Source: a virus. Taken from it: a stretch of DNA of 64,000 bases. The notes under the pieces were generated by a model. That model saw nothing but the letters and a program-made list of their open reading frames with translations, searched no databases and had not been told where the DNA came from. The stretch lies in the IMG/VR virus record IMGVR_UViG_3300026488_000010; one strand, 5' to 3'. Below are positions 50,153-59,976 of the stretch, in pieces. The position numbers and the translations under genes are program-made. How positions within the stretch are numbered: position 1 is the first letter of the stretch; every line of letters begins with the position of its first letter.

Positions 50153-50479
50153 TTAATCCTTTTGTTTTTTTGATTTTTTTAAATAATCTTTTCTAAGGTC
50201 CAATAATAATATATAATTTCGCATAGACCATAATTTAAATCTCTGATAGTTATCAATCATTATCAATCCAGAATCCATATCAATTAAATAATATTTTTTA
50301 TTATCAATTTCAACAACTGCTGCTTGATATGGTATAAACTCTGGCTTTTGTTGAACTTTTGGGATAGGTGTATGGACGTGATTAATTTCTTTTTTAATAA
50401 TAATTTCTTTTTCAGCACAAGCACTTAGAAACATGACCATGAATAGGCTAGTGCCCAATATTAAGAATAGCTTCTTCAT
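50153..50479 (-). CDS. Lipoprotein, putative o-spanin
   Basis: MKK + hydrophobic core + lipobox LSAC, Pro-rich segment. Confidence 0.7.
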   Translation of the reverse strand: MKKLFLILGTSLFMVMFLSACAEKEIIIKKEINHVHTPIPKVQQKPEFIPYQAAVVEIDNKKYYLIDMDSGLIMIDNYQRFKLWSMRNYILLLDLRKDYLKKSKKQKD

Positions 50480-50903
50480 TATCTGTCTCCATAATTTCTT
50501 TTATTTTTATTGAACAATCTTTTAAAATTATTTTATCTTTAAATACTACTTTACGATGCATTCTCAATTTTTTAATTGTTAAAATTAATGATTGTATTTG
50601 ATTATCTCTCGATTCAACATTACTTGAATAATAACCTTCTAGAGCAGTTATTGAATCAGAGTATGATTCTAATTCAATAACATTCTGAGCATTTGTTTTT
50701 TTAAATTCTTTAATATCTTTTACCAACTGGACATTTGTAGATGTTAGTTTTAAATTCTTTGATGTTAAATCATTAATAGTATACTGTAGCATATTAATCT
50801 TATAGAAGACGATTATAGCTGCGATCGTCAAACCAGCAGCTAGTACTACATATTTATTAGTTAATGCTTTATATAGCATTGTATACATTATATTAACCTC
50901 CAC
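50448..50903 (-). CDS. Putative i-spanin
   Basis: N-terminal TM (YVVLAAGLTIAAIIVFY) then coiled coil; overlaps the lipoprotein gene. Confidence 0.65.
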   Translation of the reverse strand: MEVNIMYTMLYKALTNKYVVLAAGLTIAAIIVFYKINMLQYTINDLTSKNLKLTSTNVQLVKDIKEFKKTNAQNVIELESYSDSITALEGYYSSNVESRDNQIQSLILTIKKLRMHRKVVFKDKIILKDCSIKIKEIMETDNEEAILNIGH

Positions 50904-52297
50904 TCAGTTCCAGTGAATATTAATTTATGTTCACCTGATGTACTTAGAACTGATGTTGCTGAACCATTGATATTATTTGCACCATCTAAGGTTACATTAT
51001 TAACTGTAAAATCACCTATTGATAATATAGTTATAGTAGCATATTTTTTAGGACTTGGTAACGTCAATGTAATTGCTGAAGTATTATCAACTAAGTAGTA
51101 CATATCAGCATTCAATGTTGATGTATCAGTAATTGTTGCATGTGTAGCTGTTTTTGGTTCAAAAACTTTTTGAGTATCAATACTAACATTAAAACCCGTT
51201 CCAGGTTTAGCAGTTAAACTTAATGTTGAACCATCGTCTAATACAGCAACTGCTGTACCAGCACCATTACTGATAGTTAATGAATCTTGTAATGCTGATG
51301 ATAGTGTTTCATCTAATTTGACTCGAGGTGTTCGAATATTTGAAGTACCACCTGCTGATCCAAAAGAATAACCATTTCCACCTACTGATGTCATTCCAAA
51401 AATATATCCAGCTATCCAAACATATTCAGCTAAATCATCAATTGTATATATATCATCAAGTAATGCAAAATTTGGAGTGCCTGCAGGCGACTCAGGATAT
51501 ACAGCAACTGCATGTAATGGATAATTGTTCGGGTTCCTATTTATAATATTATTTAATCGTTCCACAAAATCCCAATTTGATGACATACCGTTTGAATCAA
51601 TTCCAAAATTCTCAACTAAGAATGCATCATCAGCATTTCTAGGAAGTGTCGTATTATTTGGATTATATGTTGTAAAATTTGAACGTCTCCAATCATCAGC
51701 AGCCCATTCAGCCGGTAGATTAGTATCAATATCAATACTAAAATCTTCCCATATCCAAGCATTTGCTATATATTTTAAAGATTTAGAATGTGTATAATTT
51801 GCTAAAGTTACTTGTCTATCTCGAGTAGTTTCATAATCGAATCCAAACTCATCCATAAATATTCCAGTAACTCCTAAAGTATTCCAATCATCAATTGCTG
51901 TCTCTAACGTTGATATTGAACGGTTTTCTGAATTTACACCTAATGGTATGTATCCATATACTTCTACACCCTTAGCTAGTAAACCGCTAATAATTGCAGT
52001 GGTTGAAGCATATTCAGCATGTGCAGGATCTTGATAATAATCTCCACAAACCCATACATCATAATTACTTGCAATTGAATCCACTACTTTTTGAGCATCC
52101 CATAATCCTTCAAATGATATAGGATAACCATAATATATTAATAATGATTTTGGAGATCGATCAACCTTTTTAAATAATTCACTCATTAATGCATTTTCTT
52201 TTTCAAAAAGTTTTCCATCAGATAATATAATCCCATTATCTGGAACATTGACTAAATCTGCTTCATTATCTAGAGTGTATACTAATCTTTTTTTCAT
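50888..52297 (-). CDS. Glycoside hydrolase-like TIM barrel (spherulin-4/GH135 or GH114-like) with fibre-type C-terminus
   Basis: VYGYIPLG, WNTLGVTGIFMDEFG, FLVEN; C-terminal YLVDNTSAITLTLP. Confidence 0.65.
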   Translation of the reverse strand: MKKRLVYTLDNEADLVNVPDNGIILSDGKLFEKENALMSELFKKVDRSPKSLLIYYGYPISFEGLWDAQKVVDSIASNYDVWVCGDYYQDPAHAEYASTTAIISGLLAKGVEVYGYIPLGVNSENRSISTLETAIDDWNTLGVTGIFMDEFGFDYETTRDRQVTLANYTHSKSLKYIANAWIWEDFSIDIDTNLPAEWAADDWRRSNFTTYNPNNTTLPRNADDAFLVENFGIDSNGMSSNWDFVERLNNIINRNPNNYPLHAVAVYPESPAGTPNFALLDDIYTIDDLAEYVWIAGYIFGMTSVGGNGYSFGSAGGTSNIRTPRVKLDETLSSALQDSLTISNGAGTAVAVLDDGSTLSLTAKPGTGFNVSIDTQKVFEPKTATHATITDTSTLNADMYYLVDNTSAITLTLPSPKKYATITILSIGDFTVNNVTLDGANNINGSATSVLSTSGEHKLIFTGTEWRLI

Positions 52298-52312
52298 GAG
52301 TATTCCTTTGTT

Positions 52313-52672
52313 TTATAATAATCTAAACACAACTTTTTCACCAGCACTTAATGCTGTATCTAAGGTTATAGTTGTTGACGAATCTTCAGTGTACTCATCA
52401 GTTAGTAATTGAACAATACCTTCTACACATACTAATAATTCATGTGAACCAACAACATATGATTTTGAATTAGGTATAGTGATTGTAGTTTCACCTCCCG
52501 ATGCCGTAAACACTTCATTAAATCGTTGTTTAATAACTGCTATACCACCAGCAGTTGAACCATCGCCGATATATAATTTCTTTTCATCAGTTGTATATAT
52601 CAATTCGCCAGATGATGGTGTAATACTTGATCTATCAGCTTCTAAACCTCTGTTGATTTGAATCTTGCTCAT
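52313..52672 (-). CDS. Small fibre adaptor with Mtd_N/hyaluronidase-like N-terminal domain
   Basis: IQINRG...GELIYTTDEKKLYIGDG; C-terminal VCVEGIVQ..EY.E. Confidence 0.75.
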   Translation of the reverse strand: MSKIQINRGLEADRSSITPSSGELIYTTDEKKLYIGDGSTAGGIAVIKQRFNEVFTASGGETTITIPNSKSYVVGSHELLVCVEGIVQLLTDEYTEDSSTTITLDTALSAGEKVVFRLL

Positions 52673-52732
52673 ATGTTTTCCTTTTCATTATTTATCTTAT
52701 CTTTAATTATATATTTTGAGTTGAATATATAA

Positions 52733-52760
52733 TTAAAGATAAGCTTTCGCTTATCTTTAA
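52733..52760 (-). terminator. GNRA-loop hairpin after 52775..54637, overlapping an alternative 20-bp stem
   Basis: ttaaagataagc-tttc-gcttatctttaa; second stem 52696-52715/52724-52743. Confidence 0.75.
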
Positions 52761-52774
52761 GAATCTAAGAATTA

Positions 52775-54637
52775 TTAGAATGTTCCACCATCGATATTAG
52801 CAACTAATTCTTCTACTTTAGTACTTGAATATACTGTACTTGTACTTGCAGTTGTATCATCAATAGATACACCAGCACCACCAACTAATGAATAAATTTT
52901 ATCAGCTGATAAAGTTTTAGTAACATTATCATCTGCATCAACAATCGTATCATCAATCAGAGCTGTAATTTCTGTTTGAACTTTATCCAATGACCAAGTT
53001 TTAGTTGAACTGGTAGTTAATGAATCATCAATTTCTGTTTTAGAATCAATTGCTGATTTAGTTTGAGAAACTGACCATACTTTATCAGTTGCGGTTGTAC
53101 TTGCATCATCAATTAAACCAGTTACATCTGTATCAATTGCTGATTTAGTTTGAGAAACTGACCATACTTTATCAGTTGCGGTTGTACTTGCATCATCAAT
53201 TAAACCAGTTACAGCTGTATCAATAACTGTATCAGTTTGTGAACTTGAATACACTTTATCTGTAGCAGGGGTTGCATCATCAATTAAACCTGATACTGCT
53301 GTACCGATATTTGAATCGATTTTATCACTTGAATATGTTGTTGTAGTAGCAGATGTAGTATCATCGATAATATCTGTACCACCGACTAATGAATCGATTT
53401 TATCACTTGAATATGTTGTTGTAGTGGCAGATGTAGTATCATCGATAATATCTGTACCTGTTGCAGCACGTAAATCACCAGTTTGAATATTGTTATCATC
53501 CCATGTAGCTGAACCTTCAGCTTTTGTTTGAAGACCAATTGTAAGAACACCTGTTGCAGAATCATACGCATCAGCAGCAGCATTTCTTTGAGTACCAGCG
53601 CCCGTTGAACCTGTTGAACCAGTTGAACCTGTTGAACCTTGAGCACCACGAATATCAATTGTTGTATATCCTAGACCATCATCAGATTCAAATACTAGTT
53701 TATGTGTTTGACCTTGAACAGCACTTTCTGTTCCTGCACCAGAATCAGAACCTTCAGTTAATACAGAAACACCTGTCCAACCAGCAGACACAGCACCTAA
53801 TTCATTTTTAATTTTATCTACTGACCAAGTTACAATTGTAGATGTGCTTTGAGCATCATCAATTTTACCATCTGCATATGCTTTAGTTTTTGAACTTGAC
53901 CATAGAGTATCAGTTGCAACAGCAGCATCATCAATAGCAGCAGCAACAGATGAATCACCACCCTCAGCAGCAATTGAATAAATCTTATCAGCAGATAATG
54001 TTTTATCTGTGATATTATCAGCATCAACAATTGTATCATCAATCAGTGCTGTAATTTCAGTTGCAATTTTATTCGCTGACCATGTTTCATTTGTAGCTGA
54101 GCTTGCATCATTAATTAATGCTTCTAATCTAGTTGTTGTGAAGTATAAATTTGTAGTACCTTCAGCAACATCATCAGTAGTTAAAGTAATTGCGCCTGTT
54201 TTAGTGTTAACACTTGTTACAACATCAGTTGGTGTTGCAAGCACAGTCCAATCTGTTACATCACCAGCAGAACCACCATTATGTACAAAAGTTTGACTAA
54301 GATCTGTACGAATTGCTACATCACCTTCTTCAGCAGTTAATGCAGTCATTGCAGCTTCATCAGCAACAGCAGTTACAGCAGTTAATGCTAATGCTGGTAA
54401 TTGTGCAGTAGGAATGAGTCCACCAGCATCAAGTTCAGCTACACCACCTGCAGCGCCTTTAGCAGTTGTTAATATATAATCACCTGTTGCTGCAGCGGTT
54501 GCTGATACACCACCAGCTGTTGAGCCATCACCGATAAATAATTTCTTTTCGTCTGTTGTCCATATTAACTCACCATTTGCTGGTGTTATATTTAAACGAT
54601 CTGCTTCGAGACCTCTTCTAATCTGAATTTTACCCAT
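52775..54637 (-). CDS. Tail fibre with Mtd_N-like N-terminus and IDD..ST.TWS..KI repeats
   Basis: IQIRRG...GELIWTTDEKKLFIGDG; VTSVNTKTGAITL; ends IDGGTF. Confidence 0.8.
   Translation of the reverse strand: MGKIQIRRGLEADRLNITPANGELIWTTDEKKLFIGDGSTAGGVSATAAATGDYILTTAKGAAGGVAELDAGGLIPTAQLPALALTAVTAVADEAAMTALTAEEGDVAIRTDLSQTFVHNGGSAGDVTDWTVLATPTDVVTSVNTKTGAITLTTDDVAEGTTNLYFTTTRLEALINDASSATNETWSANKIATEITALIDDTIVDADNITDKTLSADKIYSIAAEGGDSSVAAAIDDAAVATDTLWSSSKTKAYADGKIDDAQSTSTIVTWSVDKIKNELGAVSAGWTGVSVLTEGSDSGAGTESAVQGQTHKLVFESDDGLGYTTIDIRGAQGSTGSTGSTGSTGAGTQRNAAADAYDSATGVLTIGLQTKAEGSATWDDNNIQTGDLRAATGTDIIDDTTSATTTTYSSDKIDSLVGGTDIIDDTTSATTTTYSSDKIDSNIGTAVSGLIDDATPATDKVYSSSQTDTVIDTAVTGLIDDASTTATDKVWSVSQTKSAIDTDVTGLIDDASTTATDKVWSVSQTKSAIDSKTEIDDSLTTSSTKTWSLDKVQTEITALIDDTIVDADDNVTKTLSADKIYSLVGGAGVSIDDTTASTSTVYSSTKVEELVANIDGGTF
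53045..53460. repeat. Near-identical in-frame duplications of 87 bp and 78 bp
   Basis: Copies start at 53045/53132 and about 53314/53392. Confidence 0.8.
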
Positions 54638-54668
54638 TTTATTTCCTTATTTTTTATAATTATTTGTT

Positions 54669-54691
54669 AGAGTGCGACTTAATCGCACTCT
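54669..54691 (-). terminator. Hairpin after 54692..58435
   Basis: agagtgcga-cttaa-tcgcactct. Confidence 0.75.
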
Positions 54692-57600
54692 TTAAAAGGT
54701 TCCAAGATCTATTAATCCTAATTCAATATCTAATATTCTAAATAATGTGTCATCATTTTTAAAGTCTTGTATAGTTGACGTTTCCGTCATGCCTGTGTTA
54801 GCAATCTTAATTAATTGTTCCATTTTGGAATTTATATTACTTTTAATTACAATAACGTTTCCAATTGGTACAATATCAATACCTGTCGAATTGTAATTGT
54901 CAAAGAACGTAAAAGATGATGAAGAAGATTCTAATGTATCTAATCTATCAGTAATTCCAGAAACATCAGATATTCTTTGAGCATACTCCGAATCAATTCG
55001 TGTACTTAATGAATTATCTGATGCTATTCTTGCATCTTCCTCTGCTGATATTGAAGTCGTTTGAATATCTGTTATGCGATCGTTTAATGATGTAACATCA
55101 TATTCTCTAGCTGTTTGTTCATTATCAATATTGTCTTGTAATGTTATATCAGCAGCAACTCTTTCGTCGTGCTCAGTAGCGACTGATTCTAATTGCAGAG
55201 CAGCTAAATCATCAGTGTTTGTTTGAACTTGATCACTAAGATCTTTTAGAGGTGTGCCATTTTTAGTTAATAATACCTGTGCATCTAGATTAGCAATACT
55301 GTTTCGTAATAAATCATCAGCATCTGTTCTATCTGTTATCTCTGTTCCGAGGTCAGTATTTTGAACAGCATCTTCAACAGCAGTTATTCGATTTAACATA
55401 TTTGAATGTTCATTTGAATTTGACGAGGTTAAAGAACTAATTGCATCAACTCTTGCTGTAACTTCATCATCAATCTGTTGTTGAAATCCACCAGAATCTA
55501 TTGAGTCCATACGTGTTTCAATAATATCCATTCTAGAATTGGTAGCAACATTGAGATCTTGCAGAACTTCTAAATCATGTGTAGTTGCATATTGCAAAAC
55601 TTTTTCAAATTCCCAAACATATACAGCATTACCAGTAATTAGATTAAACGTATCATCATGGTATGTTATATCAACTACTTGAGCATTAAGTGCTATCTTA
55701 TCAATTAATACATTATTTCTAGTATAAACATTACATAAAAACTTATTATCAGCATTGAATACTATTTCAATCACATAATTTGTAGTTTTAAACATTTCTA
55801 AGAATGACGGATAAATAATAGATGTTGTCTTTTCAGTTGCTGTTGCATTTACAAAATCAATATCATATTGTAACTGTCCAACGTTTGTTTCAATAATTAA
55901 AATACTATCAACTATTTGGAAGTCAAAAACTGTGCCGTTTGCAATATCAATATTAATAACATCATCATTTGTAAAGTTCATAATATTGATTCCACGATGA
56001 TCTGAATCCATATGAACAACATATACTATCGCATATATAACAATTGTTGCATAAAATTTATTAACAACTATATCTGTGCTGATCTTTTGACCTTGAACTT
56101 CTTTTTCATTAAATGTATTTAATAATCCAACATATGAATTTTTTTCATAATCTTCTGAACCCGTTTCAACATATCTATAATAAATAAGATTATCAACAAC
56201 TACTATAAAATCAGTGTAATCATTGTATTTGTCGAATGTTTGATATTCTGTATAATTATTATTCAATAGAGATATTCGACCAACAACATAACGATTGTAT
56301 CTATTTGTAACGTCTGATGGGTCATGTAAATATGTACCAGCAATATGCAATATATTATCATATACAAAACATGTCTCAAAACTAAAATAAGCATATGGTA
56401 AATCACATATGTACTTGTTTTTGAAAAATACTTGTTGTTTAAGAGTATGCTCATTATAACGAACATCAAAGTATGGATCGTTAGATGTATTATATGTTTT
56501 AATCAAATCTAAAAACGTTTTTTTAGGAATTGTTGATACATTATCATCCATGAATCTTTTTGTAATTAGTGATTGATCAGTTTTTGGTTGGTATTTATCA
56601 ATTGCGTATGGATTGTATTGTGATACATCAGGTGATCTAATATCGTCAACAGTATTTATCTTGAATATTCTATTACCATCAATTGCTACTAAATAGTTTT
56701 GATATTTAAACAATGTATAAATTTTAGATTCTAATGGTAATGTTTGAAAATGTACTAAATCAATAGTTGAATATATAACTAGAGCTTCGCTGTATGATAT
56801 ATATAATAAATCATCGTATACATAAAAATCTTTAATTGATCCATTGAATGATACGGAATCGTATTTGTATTTTGTCTCGATAGCATTTAAAAAATTACCA
56901 TCTTTAAATAATGCTATAAAGTTCGAAGAGGCATACATTGTAGTTGTATCATCAATCTTAAATAATACTTTTCTTACTGTACTTGCTTCAAATGGAATAG
57001 TGTCATCAGTAAAACCATAAGTATAATCAATAATATTGAGGTTAATAGATTGATTAAAATCTGAAAACGTTACATAGTTATTGAACATCGACATCTTAAT
57101 ACTTGAAACATCAGCTCCTGTGATATCAGCATTATCTATAAATGCTTGGTGAATGTCGATTGCAACATAACTGTTTAAACTATAATTGATCATCTCAAAT
57201 AAAGTTCCATCAAATATTAGGATATATGATTCATGAAATTCAACAGTAAATTTAGTATTAATAGAAATTGTTGTGCTAAATGAACCCTCTTCTGTTAAAG
57301 TATATTTATTTAATTCATCATTAAACGATTTTGTAAACATTTTTACAACACATGTTCCAGCATTGTCTGTTATAATAAAATATAAACCATTTTTTTCATA
57401 TACATATTTAATTGGTTCAGGATGAGCAACATCATACGTTGCTCTTAATGGATCCATTTTTAATTCAGATGTTCCAGATATTTGATCAAAATAATTTAAT
57501 TTTCCAATATCAGAATAAGCTTTAGAACTTGATAATAAAACATTTGGTGATTTACCATAATTTGAATATGTTGTGTAATCGAAAGCGTTGGCTGCTAATT

Positions 57601-58435
57601 TAACAAAATCAACTTGCTTCTTAGTTTTCTTGGTTTGGTTATCTATATCAGCAATTTTACCTTTAGTTATATTAACAGATGCTTCTGCATCTGCAATTAA
57701 TGCTTCTTCTTCTGGTGTTAAAATACCATCAGCCAATGCCAATGTTACAATTCTATTATATTCAATATAATCATTTTCTAATTGATGTGCAGCATCAATA
57801 GTTGCTTGTTCAGCAGCAGTAATTTTACCATCTAAAGCAGCTTCGGATTCTATACGCTCAGTAATTGCAACTATACGTTTTTGTTCTTCTGCTAATATTG
57901 CTGCAGTACGTGCTGCTTCCTCATCGGTAATTCGACCATCTGCATTAGCCGCAGCTATACTTGCGCTAGACGCTTCAGTACTTGCAGCTAATATATCTGT
58001 TCCCATATTTGATAATCTCGCGTTATTCGCGTCTATAAATGATCTAGATAAAGTAATTAATGCTTCTTCTTCATCTGTTAAAACACCATCAGCCATTGCT
58101 TTAAGAACAACGTTTTGATATTCTTTATATGCAGCCGTTATATCAGCTGCCGCTTCAATTTGGGCCTGCTCAAACTGCGTAACAATGCCATCAGATTTTG
58201 CAGATGCAATTATTTGAGCTTCTTGTTGTGTAGCTAATTGCACTTCTAATTGAACTGCTCTTGCTATCGAAGCTTGCTCAAATTGATCAATCTTACCATC
58301 AAGATTAGCTGCCTCTAATATTTGGTCAGCTAATAATGTCTGTGTCTCTAGATTAGACGATTCTAGTGCTCTAAAGTTATCATCTAATTCAGCAAACGAT
58401 AATGGTCTGTCGATGTCCATACGATAATTAATCAT
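54692..58435 (-). CDS. Large tail fibre/receptor-binding protein: coiled coil, propeller-like core, coiled coil
   Basis: RPLSFAELDDNF anchor-type start, ADG(V/I)LT.EEE repeats, aromatic beta-rich centre; ends IDLGTF. Confidence 0.65.
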   Translation of the reverse strand: MINYRMDIDRPLSFAELDDNFRALESSNLETQTLLADQILEAANLDGKIDQFEQASIARAVQLEVQLATQQEAQIIASAKSDGIVTQFEQAQIEAAADITAAYKEYQNVVLKAMADGVLTDEEEALITLSRSFIDANNARLSNMGTDILAASTEASSASIAAANADGRITDEEAARTAAILAEEQKRIVAITERIESEAALDGKITAAEQATIDAAHQLENDYIEYNRIVTLALADGILTPEEEALIADAEASVNITKGKIADIDNQTKKTKKQVDFVKLAANAFDYTTYSNYGKSPNVLLSSSKAYSDIGKLNYFDQISGTSELKMDPLRATYDVAHPEPIKYVYEKNGLYFIITDNAGTCVVKMFTKSFNDELNKYTLTEEGSFSTTISINTKFTVEFHESYILIFDGTLFEMINYSLNSYVAIDIHQAFIDNADITGADVSSIKMSMFNNYVTFSDFNQSINLNIIDYTYGFTDDTIPFEASTVRKVLFKIDDTTTMYASSNFIALFKDGNFLNAIETKYKYDSVSFNGSIKDFYVYDDLLYISYSEALVIYSTIDLVHFQTLPLESKIYTLFKYQNYLVAIDGNRIFKINTVDDIRSPDVSQYNPYAIDKYQPKTDQSLITKRFMDDNVSTIPKKTFLDLIKTYNTSNDPYFDVRYNEHTLKQQVFFKNKYICDLPYAYFSFETCFVYDNILHIAGTYLHDPSDVTNRYNRYVVGRISLLNNNYTEYQTFDKYNDYTDFIVVVDNLIYYRYVETGSEDYEKNSYVGLLNTFNEKEVQGQKISTDIVVNKFYATIVIYAIVYVVHMDSDHRGINIMNFTNDDVINIDIANGTVFDFQIVDSILIIETNVGQLQYDIDFVNATATEKTTSIIYPSFLEMFKTTNYVIEIVFNADNKFLCNVYTRNNVLIDKIALNAQVVDITYHDDTFNLITGNAVYVWEFEKVLQYATTHDLEVLQDLNVATNSRMDIIETRMDSIDSGGFQQQIDDEVTARVDAISSLTSSNSNEHSNMLNRITAVEDAVQNTDLGTEITDRTDADDLLRNSIANLDAQVLLTKNGTPLKDLSDQVQTNTDDLAALQLESVATEHDERVAADITLQDNIDNEQTAREYDVTSLNDRITDIQTTSISAEEDARIASDNSLSTRIDSEYAQRISDVSGITDRLDTLESSSSSFTFFDNYNSTGIDIVPIGNVIVIKSNINSKMEQLIKIANTGMTETSTIQDFKNDDTLFRILDIELGLIDLGTF

Positions 58436-58444
58436 AGATATCCT

Positions 58445-59872
58445 TTATTTTTGTTCTAATTTTTTTAAACGTTTTTCAATATTTATAATAAATTGTGACA
58501 TATTTTTATTTGCATCTTTATTTTTAACATCTCTTAATTCATTTCTTAAACTAATAATTTCATTATTCAATTGTTTTAATTTGAACTCGCTTCTCTCATC
58601 AATACTTGCAAACGTTTCTTGTACTTCATTATAATTTATTTGAATTTCGTTGCGAATAGTTCTACGAATAACAACCATTTGATCTTCGATGGATTGAACA
58701 TTGTTGACATTTAAATCTTTAAATTTTAACATTAGAGATTGTTCTAATTTTTCTGCCATTGTATCAAATGTATCTGATGATACATATGTATCATCAAAAC
58801 CAATTTCTTTGATACGTTCATCTAAGGTTTTTAACAACTTTGCTTCAAATGATACAGCGTGTGTTTTAAATAATGAATCAATATGTTTTAATCTAGAATC
58901 GATAGCAGTTCTAAAACTTTTCATTTCTTGCTCATATTTTAAAAGTTCTGATTCTTTATCATCATTAAACTTTTTAAATTCTTGTTCTAATTGATCTTTA
59001 GTTGATTTTAATTCTGTATCTAAAGTATTCAATAAAATATCGTTATTTGATTCAAGTACTTGTTGTTGGGTAGAAATGAAAGATAATATATCTTTTTTAT
59101 TTTTAGATACAATATGTTGCATTGTGCTAAAATTATCTTTAGATTCATCCATTAATTTAATTAATTGTGTTGATAAATCATAAAACGCTTTATTGTACTC
59201 TGATGTTTTTGAATCAATAATTGCAGTCATTGATGAATCAATGTCAGTATTAATCGAATCAATAAATTCTCTAATTTCTTTTGAGAATATATCTATTTGA
59301 TCATTAAATGATATTAATATTTTATTATGAATATCTGTTTTTAATGCTTCTATTTCTAAATCATGTTCTAATGATATATCATCTGCTTCAGCAAGCATTG
59401 TTTGAACAATCCCAAAAGCTTTTTCTAATTCAAATAATTTAACATTAAATACTTCTTCCAATTCATGTCGAGCATCAGTATTCTCAGATATTAATGTTCT
59501 AATTTCAATATTATCATTAATTAATTTCTTAATCTTTTTATTTAATGGAGCTGCTGGTAATCGAGCATCTCTCCATTCAGAAAATTTACCATTTTTATTA
59601 TCACGATGCATTGGTAATATATCCAAATCTATTGATACTATCTGTTGATAAGTTATTGAACCTTTTAATTGAGTATATAAAGTTCCGTGAATTATCTCGA
59701 TAGGGATATTTAACCATCCTTTACCTATTTCAAAAGTATTTGTATTTTTAAGATAATTAGCATTTAAATCATCTTCTTTAATTATAGTAATTCTTGGATC
59801 AAAATCTAAACTCTCTAATTTATTTTGTTTATTTTGTTTAACATTAACATTCTGTAATGGAAATTTGGGCAT
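58445..59872 (-). CDS. Long coiled-coil protein
   Basis: About 350 aa of heptads rich in E/K/L/I. Confidence 0.7.
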   Translation of the reverse strand: MPKFPLQNVNVKQNKQNKLESLDFDPRITIIKEDDLNANYLKNTNTFEIGKGWLNIPIEIIHGTLYTQLKGSITYQQIVSIDLDILPMHRDNKNGKFSEWRDARLPAAPLNKKIKKLINDNIEIRTLISENTDARHELEEVFNVKLFELEKAFGIVQTMLAEADDISLEHDLEIEALKTDIHNKILISFNDQIDIFSKEIREFIDSINTDIDSSMTAIIDSKTSEYNKAFYDLSTQLIKLMDESKDNFSTMQHIVSKNKKDILSFISTQQQVLESNNDILLNTLDTELKSTKDQLEQEFKKFNDDKESELLKYEQEMKSFRTAIDSRLKHIDSLFKTHAVSFEAKLLKTLDERIKEIGFDDTYVSSDTFDTMAEKLEQSLMLKFKDLNVNNVQSIEDQMVVIRRTIRNEIQINYNEVQETFASIDERSEFKLKQLNNEIISLRNELRDVKNKDANKNMSQFIINIEKRLKKLEQK

Positions 59873-59921
59873 AATATACTCCTTTACTAATTTGTTATCT
59901 ATGAATCAAAGCACAAGAAAG

Positions 59922-59948
59922 TTCCTAGAGATACTATATCTCTAGGAA
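59922..59948 (-). terminator. Terminator hairpin
   Basis: ttcctagagata-cta-tatctctaggaa, then CTTTCTTGTGCTT on minus. Confidence 0.8.
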
Positions 59949-59976
59949 AACGATCTTTATCGATAAAGATCGTTTT
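59947..59976. repeat. Perfect 30-bp palindrome of the dispersed element
   Basis: aaaacgatctttatcgataaagatcgtttt. Confidence 0.9.
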
